DNA of 61,358 nt, the filler included, from Chiloscyllium plagiosum (taxonomy: Eukaryota), in assembly GCF_004010195.1 (NCBI RefSeq). It is 5 parts of one record of this genome, joined end to end, with 100 filler letters (N's around TTAATTAATTAA, not from the genome) between each part and the next. Parts side by side here need not be neighbours in the genome. Positions count along the whole stretch, not along the records: positions 36,293 to 50,361 come from NC_057717.1; 4 more parts are not named here. The stretch is one strand, 5' to 3'. A program made the position numbers and the translations under genes. Shown here one piece after another: positions 37,723-50,361 of this stretch (its first letter is position 1; every line of letters begins with the position of its first letter). The notes beneath the pieces are model-generated. The model did no database searches. It had not been told where the DNA came from and worked only from the letters and a program-made list of their open reading frames with translations.

Positions 37723-39206
37723 CTGTGAGAAAAGAAAGCAAACACATTTCTCATGAGTCTGGGGGAAAGTAACCAGTTTGATTAAGGAGCAAGTGAGATT
37801 TTCAAATGGTTTGCTGTCTTCGGAGACCTATTGAATTAATGGCAGCTGAAATAACAAATGGGAAGTTCTGAGTTAGTTACAAAATTGTTACGTAATGCAC
37901 AAGAAACTCTCTGTCCCCAAACACACAGACACACATCCAAACAAACAGGTGGTTTCAAGAACATTCACAAACACTTGATCACTCAAGAGTAATAATACTT
38001 CTTTACCGTTTAGAATACTCGCAGTTCGTTTAAGACAAACGGAGGTTGGGAATTTGTCGTCAATCTCTGTCTTGAATAATTGGAAACGCAGAGAAAATGT
38101 CCTCACCCCTTTACATGCAGGTGGGTATGTCATAATAGTGTCATCTTCCGGCTGGAACGTTTCTCTTCCCTTGGGATCTTATTTTTTTCAGTTAATTGAA
38201 TCTGGCAATTCCCAATAAATGTGAAAGAGTATGCTAGAGAACGTCGGATATTAAATGTGATAAAGACACAAATATTCCTCTCACAAGGGCACTTATGTCC
38301 ATTAACGTTGATGAGTCCCACTCAGCCTCTGTCGGAAATCACCCACCAAACTCGACTCAACCGGCACGTTGCACACAAAAACAAAAACATTAAACCAATA
38401 CCTTAATTATTTGTTGTAAGATTCTCTTTTGCACTCACGCTATGCTTTATTCGGAGATCTACCTGACTTCGTTCTCAGTTTTGTATAAATTTCCCAAATA
38501 TAAAATATGTTTGATATTCAATTCCCATTGTCGACCACTCTGTCACCACGTCTCTCTAACGCATTTAAATCATATCCATTTACCTCAATGTATACATTGA
38601 ATTTTTCGAACATGTTTGAAAACATCACACACCTTCAGTTAGAGTGCGTTTCTTCCGTTTTCTATACCATTATTCCTCCTGGTGTAATGTTGCCATTCAT
38701 CTCCATATTGTCCCGGTCAGGAAACAGTCTGACACCATCATACTCACCGAATCAGGCTTGATGGGTAATGTTTCACGAAGCCCCAGGACCAAACCTGGGT
38801 ATATTCTGTCCCACCAGCAATACAAACCCAACAGTGATGGGGGCACCGTGGGATACAGTCAGGAAAGAAGTTACTTTGTACTTCCCCAACATTCATTCCA
38901 GAACCAAGAAATCTAATGATAACAGTTCAAAGATGTTTAAGGAAAGCGCCTGATGATAGAAATCTACTGCCCTCCACACCACCCCTCGGCGATAGCTCAA
39001 TTCTCCTCAATGTTGAAAACAAATCGGAGGAAGCACTGGGGGACACAAGGACACAGACCGTACTCTGTGTTTAGGACTTCAATATCCAACACAAAGAGTG
39101 TCTCCGCACTTCCACCACTGACTAAGAAGGGCGAGGTCTCAATACGATGCTTGTTAGAGTCAAACCTGGCACAAAAGTAGATTGTTGAGTTTATGTAGGG
39201 TCTGTC

Positions 39207-39950
39207 ATAGAACATAGAACATAGACCAGTACAGCACAGAAAAGGCCCTTCAGCCCACGATGTTGTGCCGACCACTGATCCTCATGTATGCACCCTCAAA
39301 TTTCTGTGACCATATGGATGACGAGGAGTCTCTTAAATGCCCCCAATGACCATGCGTCCACAAATGCTGCTGGCAACGCATTCCATGCTCTCACAACTCT
39401 CTGTATCACGAACCGGTCTCTGACATCTCCTCTATACTTTCCTCCAACCAGCTTAAACCTATGATCCCACGTGTTAATCATTTCTGCCCTGGGAAATAGT
39501 CTTTGGCTATCGACTCTATCTATGCCTCTCATTACCTTGTATACCTCAATTCCGTCCCCTCTTTTCCTCCTTTTCTCCAATGAAAAAAGTCCTAGCTCAG
39601 TCAACCTCTCCTTATACGATAAGCCCTCCAGTCCAGGCAGCATCCTGGTAATCCTCCTCTGAACCCGCTCGAAAGCATCCACGTCTTTCTTACAATAGGG
39701 CGACTAGAACTGGACGCAGTATTCCAAGTGGGGTCTAACCAAAGTTTTATAGAGCTGCAACAAGATCTCACGACTCTTAAACTCAATCCCCCTGTTAATG
39801 AAAGCGAAAACACCATATGCTTTCTTAACAACCCTGTCCACTTGGGTGGCCATTTTAAGGGATCTATGTACCTGCACCCCAAGATCCCTCTGTTCCTCCA
39901 CACTACCAAAAATCCTTTCCTTAATCCTGTACTCAGCTTTCAAGTCTATG
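39207..39950 (-). mobile_element. CR1 LINE 3' portion, fairly young
   Basis: ORFs 39704-39961 and 39296-39682 (RPHLEYCVQF, FERVQRRITRMLPGL); tail catagaacatagaacatag. Confidence 0.93.
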
Positions 39951-40915
39951 CTGAAATCCATCAGGGTAGTGTCCTATGTCCAATAATATTCAGATGCGTC
40001 ATCAATTACCTTGCTTCTGTCATAAAGTCATAAGTGGGAATGTTCACCAATCATTGCACAACTGGTGACTCCTCAGATACTGAAGCAGTCCATGCTCAAA
40101 TGCAACAAGGTCTGGAAAATATCCGGGCTTGGCCGGACAAAGGGCAAATAGAACTCGCACCACACAAATACCAGACCATGATTCTCATCAATAAACGACA
40201 CTCTAACCACAGCCCCTTCAAATTAAACTGTAATACCATCAAGACATCCCCCACTGTCAACACCCTTCAAGTTACAATTGAACAGAAACTGAACTGGACC
40301 CACCACATACACACAGTGGTTACAAGAGCAGGTAAGAAACTGGGGACACTGCAGCAAGAACTCACCCCCTGATACGCAAAAAATTATCAACCATCTCCAG
40401 GGCACAAGTCAGACATATAATGAAACACACTCCACTTGCGTGGGTGGATGCATCTCCAACAACTCAGAAAGCTCAACACCATCCAGGACAACGCATCCCC
40501 GTTTGATTGGCATCATATCTACAAGCATTCAATCCTCCACCATAGGCACTCACGAGCAGCAATGTGTACTATATAAAAGAAGGACTGCATAAATTCACCA
40601 AAGAACCTTAGTCATCACCTTCGAAACCCACGATCACCTCCATCTGAAAGGACAAGGGTACCTCTGAAAAACACCACTTGCAAGTTCCCCTCCAAGAACC
40701 CCACAACATTGACTTGAAAATATATCACCTTCGGCGCCATCGGATCGAATTCCTGGGATTCCCTCCCTACCGACATTGTGGGTCAACCCACAGCAAGTGG
40801 ACTGCAGCGTCTTACGAAGGCAACTGACCACCACCTTCTCAATGGTAAATAGGTATGGGCCATCAATCCTGGCTAGCCAGCGAAGCCCAAGACCCACAAA
40901 TTAATAAAAGAAAAC
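39950..40915 (+). mobile_element. Non-LTR retrotransposon RT/3' fragment of a different LINE family
   Basis: QGSVLCPIIF...MQQGLENIRAW...VTIEQKLNWTHHI resembles a LINE RT C-terminal region; A-rich end. Confidence 0.75.
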
Positions 40916-42164
40916 AAAGCAGCCAGACTGTGGGAAGTGATAAATGCATTAACAAGAGGGAAACATTCTCACCAAACTACTTGTCACAGCTGTATCTCTT
41001 CCTAACAGTATCTGTCGGAGCACTCAGCACAAAGCCCTGGCGAGGGAAAGTCTGACTGAGGTTGAAGATGCAATCCATTCGGGATAAATTAGTGTCGCGC
41101 AGTTTAAGCGAAATCACCGATGACAGTTACAGATTGACCAGTCCTGGGTCCTCAACTGTTTGCAAAATATATCAACAATTTAGATAAATGGAACAAAGGT
41201 ATTCTAAATACATTTTGTCATGATGCCAAGATAAGCAGGAAACTAACTTATAAAGAGGCGTTCGAGACTTTGTAAATGGGCAAGCAAGGGAGTGAAATTT
41301 GGCAGTTGAGTAAATGCAAAACTCAATTTTTCAGGAAGAATAAAAAGCTGCATATTACATAAGCAGATACAGATTATAGGTCACACTGATGTAATGTGCA
41401 CTGGAGGGTTCACTCTGACCCTTTCAGGTATCACAAGTGTTATTCCATCTCTCTAATGGTCAGCGTCCTGATGTTCCCAGTCGCCCTGCTGCTGTCGGTA
41501 CACGTGGAATAATTTGATCTGGTTGGTTGATGGTGGGAAGTGGGGAGGGGCGGGTGTATTGAGCCGTGTATCAAGCCAGACGGCATGTGTCTGACAGTCC
41601 ACACTTTCTTTATACGTGGAGACCCGAAGGCGATGGGAATGGCTGACTCATTCTGAACGAAAGAGGTTTGGGCTGTGGCAAGGACGGTCGGTTTCACCAA
41701 CATGATGAAATACATGGATAGAAAGGATTAGACGGGTATGGACCAAGTTGAGGGAAATGGGGTCAGCGATGATGGACATTTTGATTGGCATGTGCTAGTT
41801 CTGGCCAACAGGGCCTGTTTCCGTGCTGTAGGCCTCGATGACTCGATGATAGTGCATGATAACACTACAACTTCAATGGAGTGAGAGTTTAGGTGTTTCA
41901 ATGAAATTAATGTGAACATTAAATGGAGGTAGTGCCAGATTAGTTGGAATGGTTAGTTTCATCACATTCTCAATCCATCTCAGCCCATCCAATCCATCAG
42001 AGAACCAGTTAAGATACCATAACCACAGAAGAGATAACTGTTATGCATGGACACTGTGCAGACCAGTCTAGTGTAATGCTCAATAAAACCTGATGATCTG
42101 TACAGACTATATCACTGCATTGATCTATAAATCAGGAATAGCTAACTGTCAAGCAGGGAGCGCT

Positions 42165-43120
42165 GTGCACGCCTCCACACGCAACTTCCCCCTACTATCC
42201 TTGACTGGACCTATTCCTACCCTAGTCATTCTTTTATTCCTAACATACCTATAGAAAGCCTTAGGGTTTTCCCTAATCCTACCGACTAAGGACCTTTCAT
42301 GTCCCCTCCTTGCTGCTCTTTGCTCTCTCTTCAGATCCTTCCTGTCTACCTTATAACTCTCAATCGCCCCAATTGTACCTTCACGTCTCATCTTGAGATA
42401 GGCCGCCCTCTTCCATTTAACAAGGGATTCCAATTCCTTATTAAACCACGGCTCCCTCGCATGACCCTTTCCTCCCTGCCTGACAGGTACATAATTATCA
42501 AGGACACTCAATAGTTGCTCCTTGTACAAGCTCCACATATCATTTACACTCTTGCCTTGGAGTCTACTTTTCCAAGCCACACATCCTAAGTCATGCCTCA
42601 CCGCATCATAATTTCCCTGACCCCAGCTATAACTCTTGCCCTGTAGTACACACTTATCCCTCTCCATCACGAGAGTAAAACTCACCGAATTATGGTCACT
42701 ATCCCCAAAGTGCTCACCTACCTCTAATTCTAACACCTGGCCTGGTTCGTTACCCAGAACCAAATCCAGTATGGCCTCACTTCTTGTTGGCCTGTCTACA
42801 TATTGTGTCAGGAGACTCTCCTGCACACATTGAACAAACGCTGACCCATCTAACGAACTTGAGCTATAGCTTTCCCAATCAATATCAGGAAAGTTAAAGT
42901 CCCCCATAACAACCACCCTATTACTGTCACTCATCTCCTGAATCACCTTCCCTATCCTTTCTTCTACGTTTCTAGGACTATTGGGAGGCCTGTAAAAGAC
43001 TCCTAACAGGGTGACCTCACCTTTCCTATGCCGAACCTCAGCCCAAACTACCTCAGATGGCAGGTCCTCATCCATCGTCCTTTCCACCACTGTAATACTA
43101 TCTTTGACAAGCAATGCCTT
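42165..43120 (-). mobile_element. Internal CR1 ORF2 fragment (APE endonuclease + linker), uninterrupted frame
   Basis: 321-aa ORF with VFYRPPN, VVMGDFNFPDIDW, LDLVL, GDSDHN and NPKAFYRYV. Confidence 0.92.
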
Positions 43121-44201
43121 ATTCTTAATTGTTTGTTAGAAACCTTTTGCAGCAACAGCGAGAGCAGTGCAAGTACCGGGGACCTTAGCTTTCCTCTTGA
43201 AGATATATCTCGTGAACAGGAGATTGATGCCTCTCACCTGCCAGGGTCAAGGATATTTCTGAATGCGCCTGCAGGTTCCGGAAGGAGGAAGGAGAGCATC
43301 AGAAGCCGTGGTACATACCGGTAAAAATGACAGAGGCAGGGAAAGGGAAGAGGACCTGGATAAAGAATATATTGAGTTCGCTTGGAAGCTGCAAGGCAGG
43401 ACAAGCAGAGTAGTAATCTTAGGATTGCCAATGTTGGCAAGTGCGAGTCAGGCTAGGAACAGAAAGCGAGTGCAGATGAACAATGTGGCTGCAGAGCAAG
43501 TGTAGGAGGGAGAGCTTCAGATCTGTGAATCATTTGGATACCTACTGGGAAAGGTGGGGCATTTATAAGAAGTATGGATTGCAACTCAATTGGAGATGCA
43601 CCAATACCCTGGGAGGGAGTTTTGCTCGAGCTTTTCCAGTGGGTTTGAACTATATTAGAAAGGGCATGGGATCCTGAGCTATGGATCAGATGATAGAGTA
43701 TATAGTGATCAGTAAGATACAGCAAGCAGAGAGTCTGTGAAGTGGGATAGGTATTTGATATAGCAATTTTGCAGACAGTGTGATGGATTGAAGTGCACCT
43801 ATGTTAATGCAAAAATATCAAGAATAAGGGTGATAAACTCAGAACATGAATCAGTACTTGGAATATGATGTTCTGGTAATTTCATAGATTTGGATATTAT
43901 AGGGGCAAGAACGGTTGTTGGATGTTGTGAAGCAGAGATGATTCAAAAGTGATGGGGTGGGGGAGAAGGTAAAAGAGGTGGAGGTGCGGCATCGCTAATC
44001 AGGGATAATATCACAGCTTCAGAAAGGGAGGGCGTCAAGGAGGATTTGTCTACAGAGTCAGTATGTGTAGAAGTCAGGAACAGGAAAGGAGCAGTCTGCT
44101 CCCTGATGATTCCTGACACGAACGCCATCCTCACCAGCATCCAAACGTTCGCCACTTGCTTCTCTATAATTAACCAGTGATCAGCCAACTAATATTGATT
44201 G

Positions 44202-45617
44202 CAGTTGAAGAATGTCGTGCTGGAAAGCACAACCTGTCAAGCAGCATCCGAGCAGCAGGAGAGTCACCGTTTCGAACAGAAGCTCCTCATCAAGAATGTG
44301 AGGGTCCTCAAGAAGCCTGCGAGATAAATGGGAGGGGGGAGGAATAGGGGAAAAGAAGCTGGGGATGGGATATTTTGATGAAGGTGGGGATGAAGTTAAT
44401 AGGTTTCAGAGGTGAGTGGAATAGATAGGTGTGAACGAATATGTACAAGCAGGACAGTTCAAGAGTGCAGTGGTGACTTGGATGGTTGAATCTGGGATAA
44501 GGTGGAGGTAGGAGAAATGAGAAAACTGGTGAAATACATATTGATTCCGCGTGGATTGAAAGTACCAATGCGGAAGATGAGGCATTCTTCCTCCTGGTGT
44601 GGAGTGGCTAGAGTTTGGGCCACGTCCCCCACCAATCCACACTGCACTCACGGCAGCTTCAACTGCCACAGCAGGAAATGCAAAATCTGTGCTCACATCT
44701 CCCCCCATCTCCGTTCAAGGCCCCAAAGGATCCTTCCACATCTGTCAGCCATTTACCTGCACTTCCATATGTCTCGTCTACTGCTTCTGTTGCTCTTAAT
44801 CTGGTCTCCTTTACATCGGGGAAGTTTGGTCCACGTCCCCCACCAACCCACACTGCACTCACGGCAGCTTCAACTGCCACAGCAGGAAATGCAAAATCTG
44901 TGCTCACATCTCCCCCCATCCCCGTTCAAGGCCCCAAAGGATCCTTCCACATCTGTCAGCCATTTATCTGCACTTCCATATGTCTCGTCTATTGCTTCTG
45001 TTGCTCTTAATCTGTTCTCCTTTACATCGGGGAGACAGGACGACCACTTGTGCAACCTTTCAGAGAACATGTCTGGTACACACGCATGAATCAATGCCAC
45101 CTCCCTGTGCCGAATACTTTAACTCCACCCCCCCCCACTCACTCCACCAAGGACATGCTGGGCCTCCTCCATCATCGAACTCTAGCCACTCAACGCCATT
45201 AGGAAGAAGCCTCATCTTCCACCTTTGGACACTCCAATCAAACGGGGGCAATGTGGATTTCACCAGTCCCCACAAATCCCCTCCCTACACCTTATCCCAG
45301 ATCCAACCTTCCAACTCAGCGCCCTCCCTTGAACTATTCTACGTATTCATCTTCCTCCCCAACATTCCGTTCCATCCACATCTCGGAATTTCACCATCAC
45401 CCCCATCTTCATCTGGCTATCGCTTTCCCAGCTACCTTGCTCCCATTCCCACCCCATCCCATTTATCTCTCAGCACGATTGAACCACTCCGATTCCTGAT
45501 GAAAAGCTTATGCTCGAAACGCTCTTGGTATTCAATGCTGCCTGACAGACTGTGATTTTCCAGCACCACACTGTTCTACTCTGATATCCTGCTTTTCCAG
45601 TCCTCAGTTTCCCTTCG
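44202..45617 (+). mobile_element. Penelope-like insertion with an inverted terminal segment and 9-bp TSD
   Basis: TATTGATTG at 44193-44201 and 45618-45626. 44202-~44617 is an inverted copy of ~45175-45610. GIY-YIG remnants (VYCFCCS, YIG, LIFHLWTLQSNG). Confidence 0.88.
44612..45033 (+). repeat. Tandem duplication, 2 x 211 bp, inside the Penelope-like element
   Basis: agtttgg.ccacgtcccccaccaa.ccacac starts at 44612 and 44823; the copies are nearly identical. Confidence 0.93.
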
Positions 45618-46899
45618 TATTGATTGGAACCTACTTCATTCAAATAGTTTAGATGGAGCGGTTTTTGTCAGGTGTGTCCAGGAAGGGTTCCTGACACAAT
45701 ATGTAGATAGGCCAAAGAGCGTGGAGGCCATATTGAATTTGGTGCTTGGTAACGAACCACGTTAAGTGTCAGATCTGCCAGTGGGAGAGCATTTCGGTGA
45801 TAGTGATCGCAACTCCCTGACCTTTAAAATATTCATGGAGAGGGATAGGAGCAGAGAGTAGGGGAAAGTATTTAACTTGGGATGGGGCAAATACAATGCT
45901 ATTGAGCAGGAACTGGGACGCTTACATTGGGAACAGATGTTCTCAGGGAAATGCACAACAGAAATGTTAACACTATTTAGGGTGTACATGCTGATAGTGC
46001 TGGATACGTTTTTCCCACTGAGGCAAAGAAGGGATGGTAGTTTGAAAGACACTTGGGTGACAAGGGATGACATCTAATCAAGAACAATAAGGAAACTTAC
46101 TTAATTTTGGGGAGGCAAGGATTAGACAATGCTTCAGAGCGTTTCAAGTTAGAGGAGACGGGACTGAAGATTTGATTTAGGACAGTTAGAAGGGAGCATG
46201 GAAAAATTTAACGGGTAGGTTGAAGGAAAAGAGCAAGGTCTTATACACTTATGTGAGGAACACGATGATAGCCAGTGTACGGGTAGGGACGATTACAAAT
46301 ACTGGAGGGAATCTTTGTCTGGTGTCGGAGGAAGTAGGTGACGTTTATAATGAATACGTTGCTGCGGTATTCAGTACTGGGAGGGACGTTAACATTTCTG
46401 AGGAGAGCATGAAACAGACTGAAATGCTAGAACAGGTTGATGTTTGGAAGGAAGATGTTCTGAAAATTTTGAAAAACACAAGGATGGATAAGACCCCTGG
46501 AGCAGATGGAATATATCTTCGGTTTCTACTGGAAGCGAAGGAAGAGGTTGCTTCGTGTTTGGTGATGATAGTTGTGTCCTCACTGTAAACTGGAGTAGTG
46601 CCAGATGAATGGAATGTGGCAGATTTTATTTCCTTGTTCAAGAAAGGAATAGTCCTGGGAATTACTGACCAATCGGTTTTACATCATTGGAACACAAGGT
46701 TATCGAGAGGATTCCTGGAAACTGGAGTTATGATTACTTGCAAAGCCGTCATTAGAATAGGAATAGAAAGCATAGCTTGGTGAATGGCAGGTCATGCCTC
46801 AGAATCCTTATTGATTTCTTTGAGGGTGTGACAAAACATATTGGTATGGTACTGCAGTGGATATTAGCAATGCGTTTGATAAGGTTCCCCTTGGTAGGG

Positions 46900-49800
46900 T
46901 ATTCCCAGGCTCCATATAATACAAACTCACTGGAATCTCTGCCAACTTCCCTGCCGCCGTACAACAACCCACGACTGTAATGTTGCCCTCCTGACCCCAG
47001 AACTAAACCCACTCATAAACGAGGTCGCATCTTCCGTTGTCTCAAAACCCCGAAAAGTTGCAAAACAAGGGGTGCCAGACAGAGAACACCCTGACCCGGC
47101 ACCTCCACCAACTGATCCCGTGCAAAGCACAAGAATTATACGCAGTGGGGTCGCTGCTTTGTAATAGCAGACGCTTGATCACCAGCTCTCATGTATCATA
47201 ATGGGCACGAAGCCCCTTGACAAGCCCGCGGCTCAGACTGAGTTCCGGTGCATCCTCCAGGATGCCCTACATCCGCTGAAGGGCCCGAAAGCTTTTCACA
47301 GTTACCTATTTCAAAATTTTATTATTTACAATATCTACCTCAAGACGTCCAGATTTCATTGCAATTGGCTTCGGGGAGTCACTGGACAACTCTCCGACCC
47401 TCTATTCAATTTCTCTCCGAGTTGTAGGAGACTTTACGCGAGCATATCAGCTGGTTAGAAAATAATGTCAAAGGTACCATTAAGGCAAGTGCAAGATAAC
47501 AGACCGACTGAGGAGAAGTTACCCGTTGCCTGCAGAATGCAAATGAGGCCCGCATTCAACGCTGTCTGGGACTCCTCAGCGGCCATACTCTTACGAGAAT
47601 AGGGGAAATTAGCTGCCCAAACACTCGTAAACTATGTGTTGCCCTGACACGCTCAAGTTTACAAGTCACAAAATTTGACCAGTCAAGCTACCATGTGGGT
47701 GGACACACTAACCATTGTAAACAATTTCGTTTGACAGAGACTGTTTGGAATTAAAGAAGAGAGGGATGCAAAATACCCAGCTCACGCAGGCAGAACATCG
47801 TCATGGTCAGCACAGCGGAGAGAGAGAGTCATGGTCAGCAAAGCAATGTCACATCAGAGACCAGCGTAGAGTCTGTGGAAAGTGAGGACATGGGGCAAAA
47901 ATGCCCACCAACCACCACCCAGCAGCCGAATGCATCCAACTTCTCCCTTCCCTCGCAAGCCCAATGAAATCGCTCTTCTCTGCAGAGACAACCTCAGCAT
48001 GCACCCTAAACTATAAATGAGCCATTTCCCAACCTACTCTCTCCAAGACCATGAGCCTGCCATTGCAAAGTGGTTTTACAGGCCGCCTCTGTACACCTCC
48101 CATATTTACTGTCTCAGACTTCAGTAATTGACTAGGAGGTCGATGTCGGTTCTATCGGACTCTGGGGCCACGAACTCATTTGCAACTCCCTCTGTGGAAC
48201 TTTCCCACAGTTCTGAAACTGCCTGTACTGTGGGTGTCGTAGGATTGCCTATGTAAGAGCCACTATCAAATGCAGGACTCTTCAGCATCGGATCTGTGAC
48301 GGACTCTGACACAGCCAGAATTTCCTCATCCTGTCCAGTAGCCCTATTTGTCCACCAAACGCTGTGTAAATTCAACATCTCCATTCACTGATCTCCCCAG
48401 GGTCTCACCTTAGAAATTCTCGGCTTTCGTTACTCTATGCTCCAGGCACATTTGCCAGCAGCTCGTACCACCCCTCCCATGTCACGAATGTTTAGATTTG
48501 GTGACCTGCGCATACCCTACTAAACCCGCTCTTTTTCCTTTGGCCCATGGCCCCTCCATCCCTCACTACTTCCTTCCTGTGCTGTGTGTTTATGGTGGGC
48601 CACTTTCTCTGTAAGGTTCACTGCACTGCCTCAGTCCCACATAAGCTGGTATCCCCCTACTGCGAGCTTTCTGACTCCCAGCCTGCTTTGCCCTCCCAGC
48701 TAGCACGGACTGTCTTTTTGTTGGACCCGAAGGACTGCTGAACAGACAGCATTGCCCTGAAGCTACTCGCCCCGTCACATCAAGTCACAGTTAAACAGGG
48801 AGCTGTACTGCCGTCAATACGACAGCACCCATTTTCGCCAGCCACAGTGGAGGTAATTAAAGTTGTCATTGTCTCCCTCATCTAACAAAGCATCCTAGTT
48901 CCCACAACCATCCCCTGCAATGCATCCATTATCTGCCGTAACATACACCTGACTATCTCAAAACCCAGCAGACCAGGGAAATGGTGTTCTCTCCAGGACC
49001 TCCAAGCCGACAGTATTGTCGTTGTTCTCTGCTCCCTGATGATTCCTGACACGAACGCCATCCTCACCAGCATCCAAACGTTCGCCACTTGCTTCTCTAT
49101 AATTAACCAGTGATCAGCCATTTTCTCCATCAAATTGTCTCCTGAGAGCCAGTGCCGTTTCACCTTTACTTAGTGGCTACAAATACATATGAATGTGGCT
49201 TCTCCGAGGTATACGGAGAACCCCACGGTATGTGCCTCTGCAATACACTGGATGATCAGGACCCCCCTCTTGTCATGTCAAAGCAGCTTGCTCTTATAGA
49301 CTGATGATATATTAGGACCCTTCGCCTCTACTGATGGCTGCATGAAGGACACTGTCGCCTTGCTTTACTATCTGGCACAGGATGGACACAAACTCTCCAT
49401 TGAAAACATGTAACTCTGCCAGGGCACAGTACATTATCTGGTATACGAGCTATCGCACACCAATGCTATACGAGCATTGTCTAAGGAGCACATAACCGCC
49501 ATCACTAAACTCTCCTTGCCTGCCACACGTTCGTGACCTGTGCGCATTCTTGGGTATGATCAACTACTGCGAGGCATTCTCCTGGAAGCATCCAACGAAG
49601 ATGCTCGGGAAACCTGAAATGAAGCATGTTTCAAGGAACTCAATAAGCGCATAACTTCCTCTACTACTGTGGGGGTCCCTGACTATACACAGCTACTTCA
49701 ACTCTATGTGACTGACAAAGAGGTATATATGTCCGGTATTTGGACACCAATGCATTGGGACCTCCAGCTTCTTGTAACCTTTTACTCAGCACAATTGCCA

Positions 49801-50175
49801 CCTGTTGTAAGGGGAATGCAGGACTGTTTAAGAGCCGTGGCGGCGACCACTGTAACTGTCAAAAGGTCAACGTCGGTTGTGCTGGATTACCCATGCACTG
49901 ATGTGGTTCCCATTCGGTGGGCCTGCTGCTTAATGCGAATGCAACTCAAAATTTCACAGTCACTCGGAGAACAGACGATGAGGTCACACTGCGTGCCAGA
50001 CTTTCCCTTCAATGCGCCCACGCTTGAAACCCTGTTGCCCTTCTTCCTGTCACCTAAGACCTCCACGCAGAAGAACATGACCGCTTCGACCAAGCTCAAC
50101 ACGTTCTCGCTGCACACCCTGACATCTAAGACTCTATTATACAACCCTGAACTAATCCTTTTTACCTACGGTTGA
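46900..50175 (+). mobile_element. Decayed endogenous retrovirus gag-pro-pol (class I, gamma/epsilon-like), no LTR or env seen
   Basis: Protease DSGA (48158-48169); RT KPSRPGKWCSLQDLQA (48961), SAIFSIKLSPESQCRFTFT, YTENPTV and *TDD for YxDD (49297-49308); tether FYSAQLPPVVRGMQDCLRAVAA; RNase H start LILFTYG at 50150-50172. Confidence 0.82.
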
Positions 50176-50361
50176 AACTTTATTGCTGGAACAGCACAGC
50201 AGGTCAGGCAGCAGCCAGGGAACAGGAGATTCAACGTTTCGGGCACAGGCCCTTCTTCAGGAATGAGCAGAGAGTGTTCAGCAGGAGAAGATAAAAGGTA
50301 GGGAGGAGGGACATGGAGGAGGGGCGTTGGAAATGTGATAGATGGAAAGAGGTCAAGGTGA
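50176..50361 (-). mobile_element. Penelope-like terminal repeat truncating the ERV
   Basis: tgctggaacagcacagcaggtcaggcagc terminal repeat; runs into a contig spacer. Confidence 0.8.
50229..50264 (-). ncRNA. Minimal type I hammerhead ribozyme motif
   Basis: - strand AUUC-CUGAAGA-A-GGGC-CUGU-GCCC-GAAA-CG-UU-GAAU: intact CUGANGA and GAAA core, 4-bp stem II, 4-bp stem I, palindromic loopless stem III (ACGU), NUH site GUU. Confidence 0.72.

Noticed and set aside
37723..37747. ORF-track start MCLLSFLT for the second GPCR
   Set aside because: This is the polypyrimidine tract and acceptor of the intron, positionally equivalent to gene 1.
38101..38133. Possible exon 1 for the minus-strand GPCR (MTYPPACKG followed by gtgagg)
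   Set aside because: The donor would be phase 0 rather than the required phase 1, and the peptide has no TM1 character.
44101..44125. CTGATGA inside the 93-bp duplicated segment as a hammerhead core
   Set aside because: Followed by GAAC rather than GAAA, with no stem II; it is ERV RT coding sequence.
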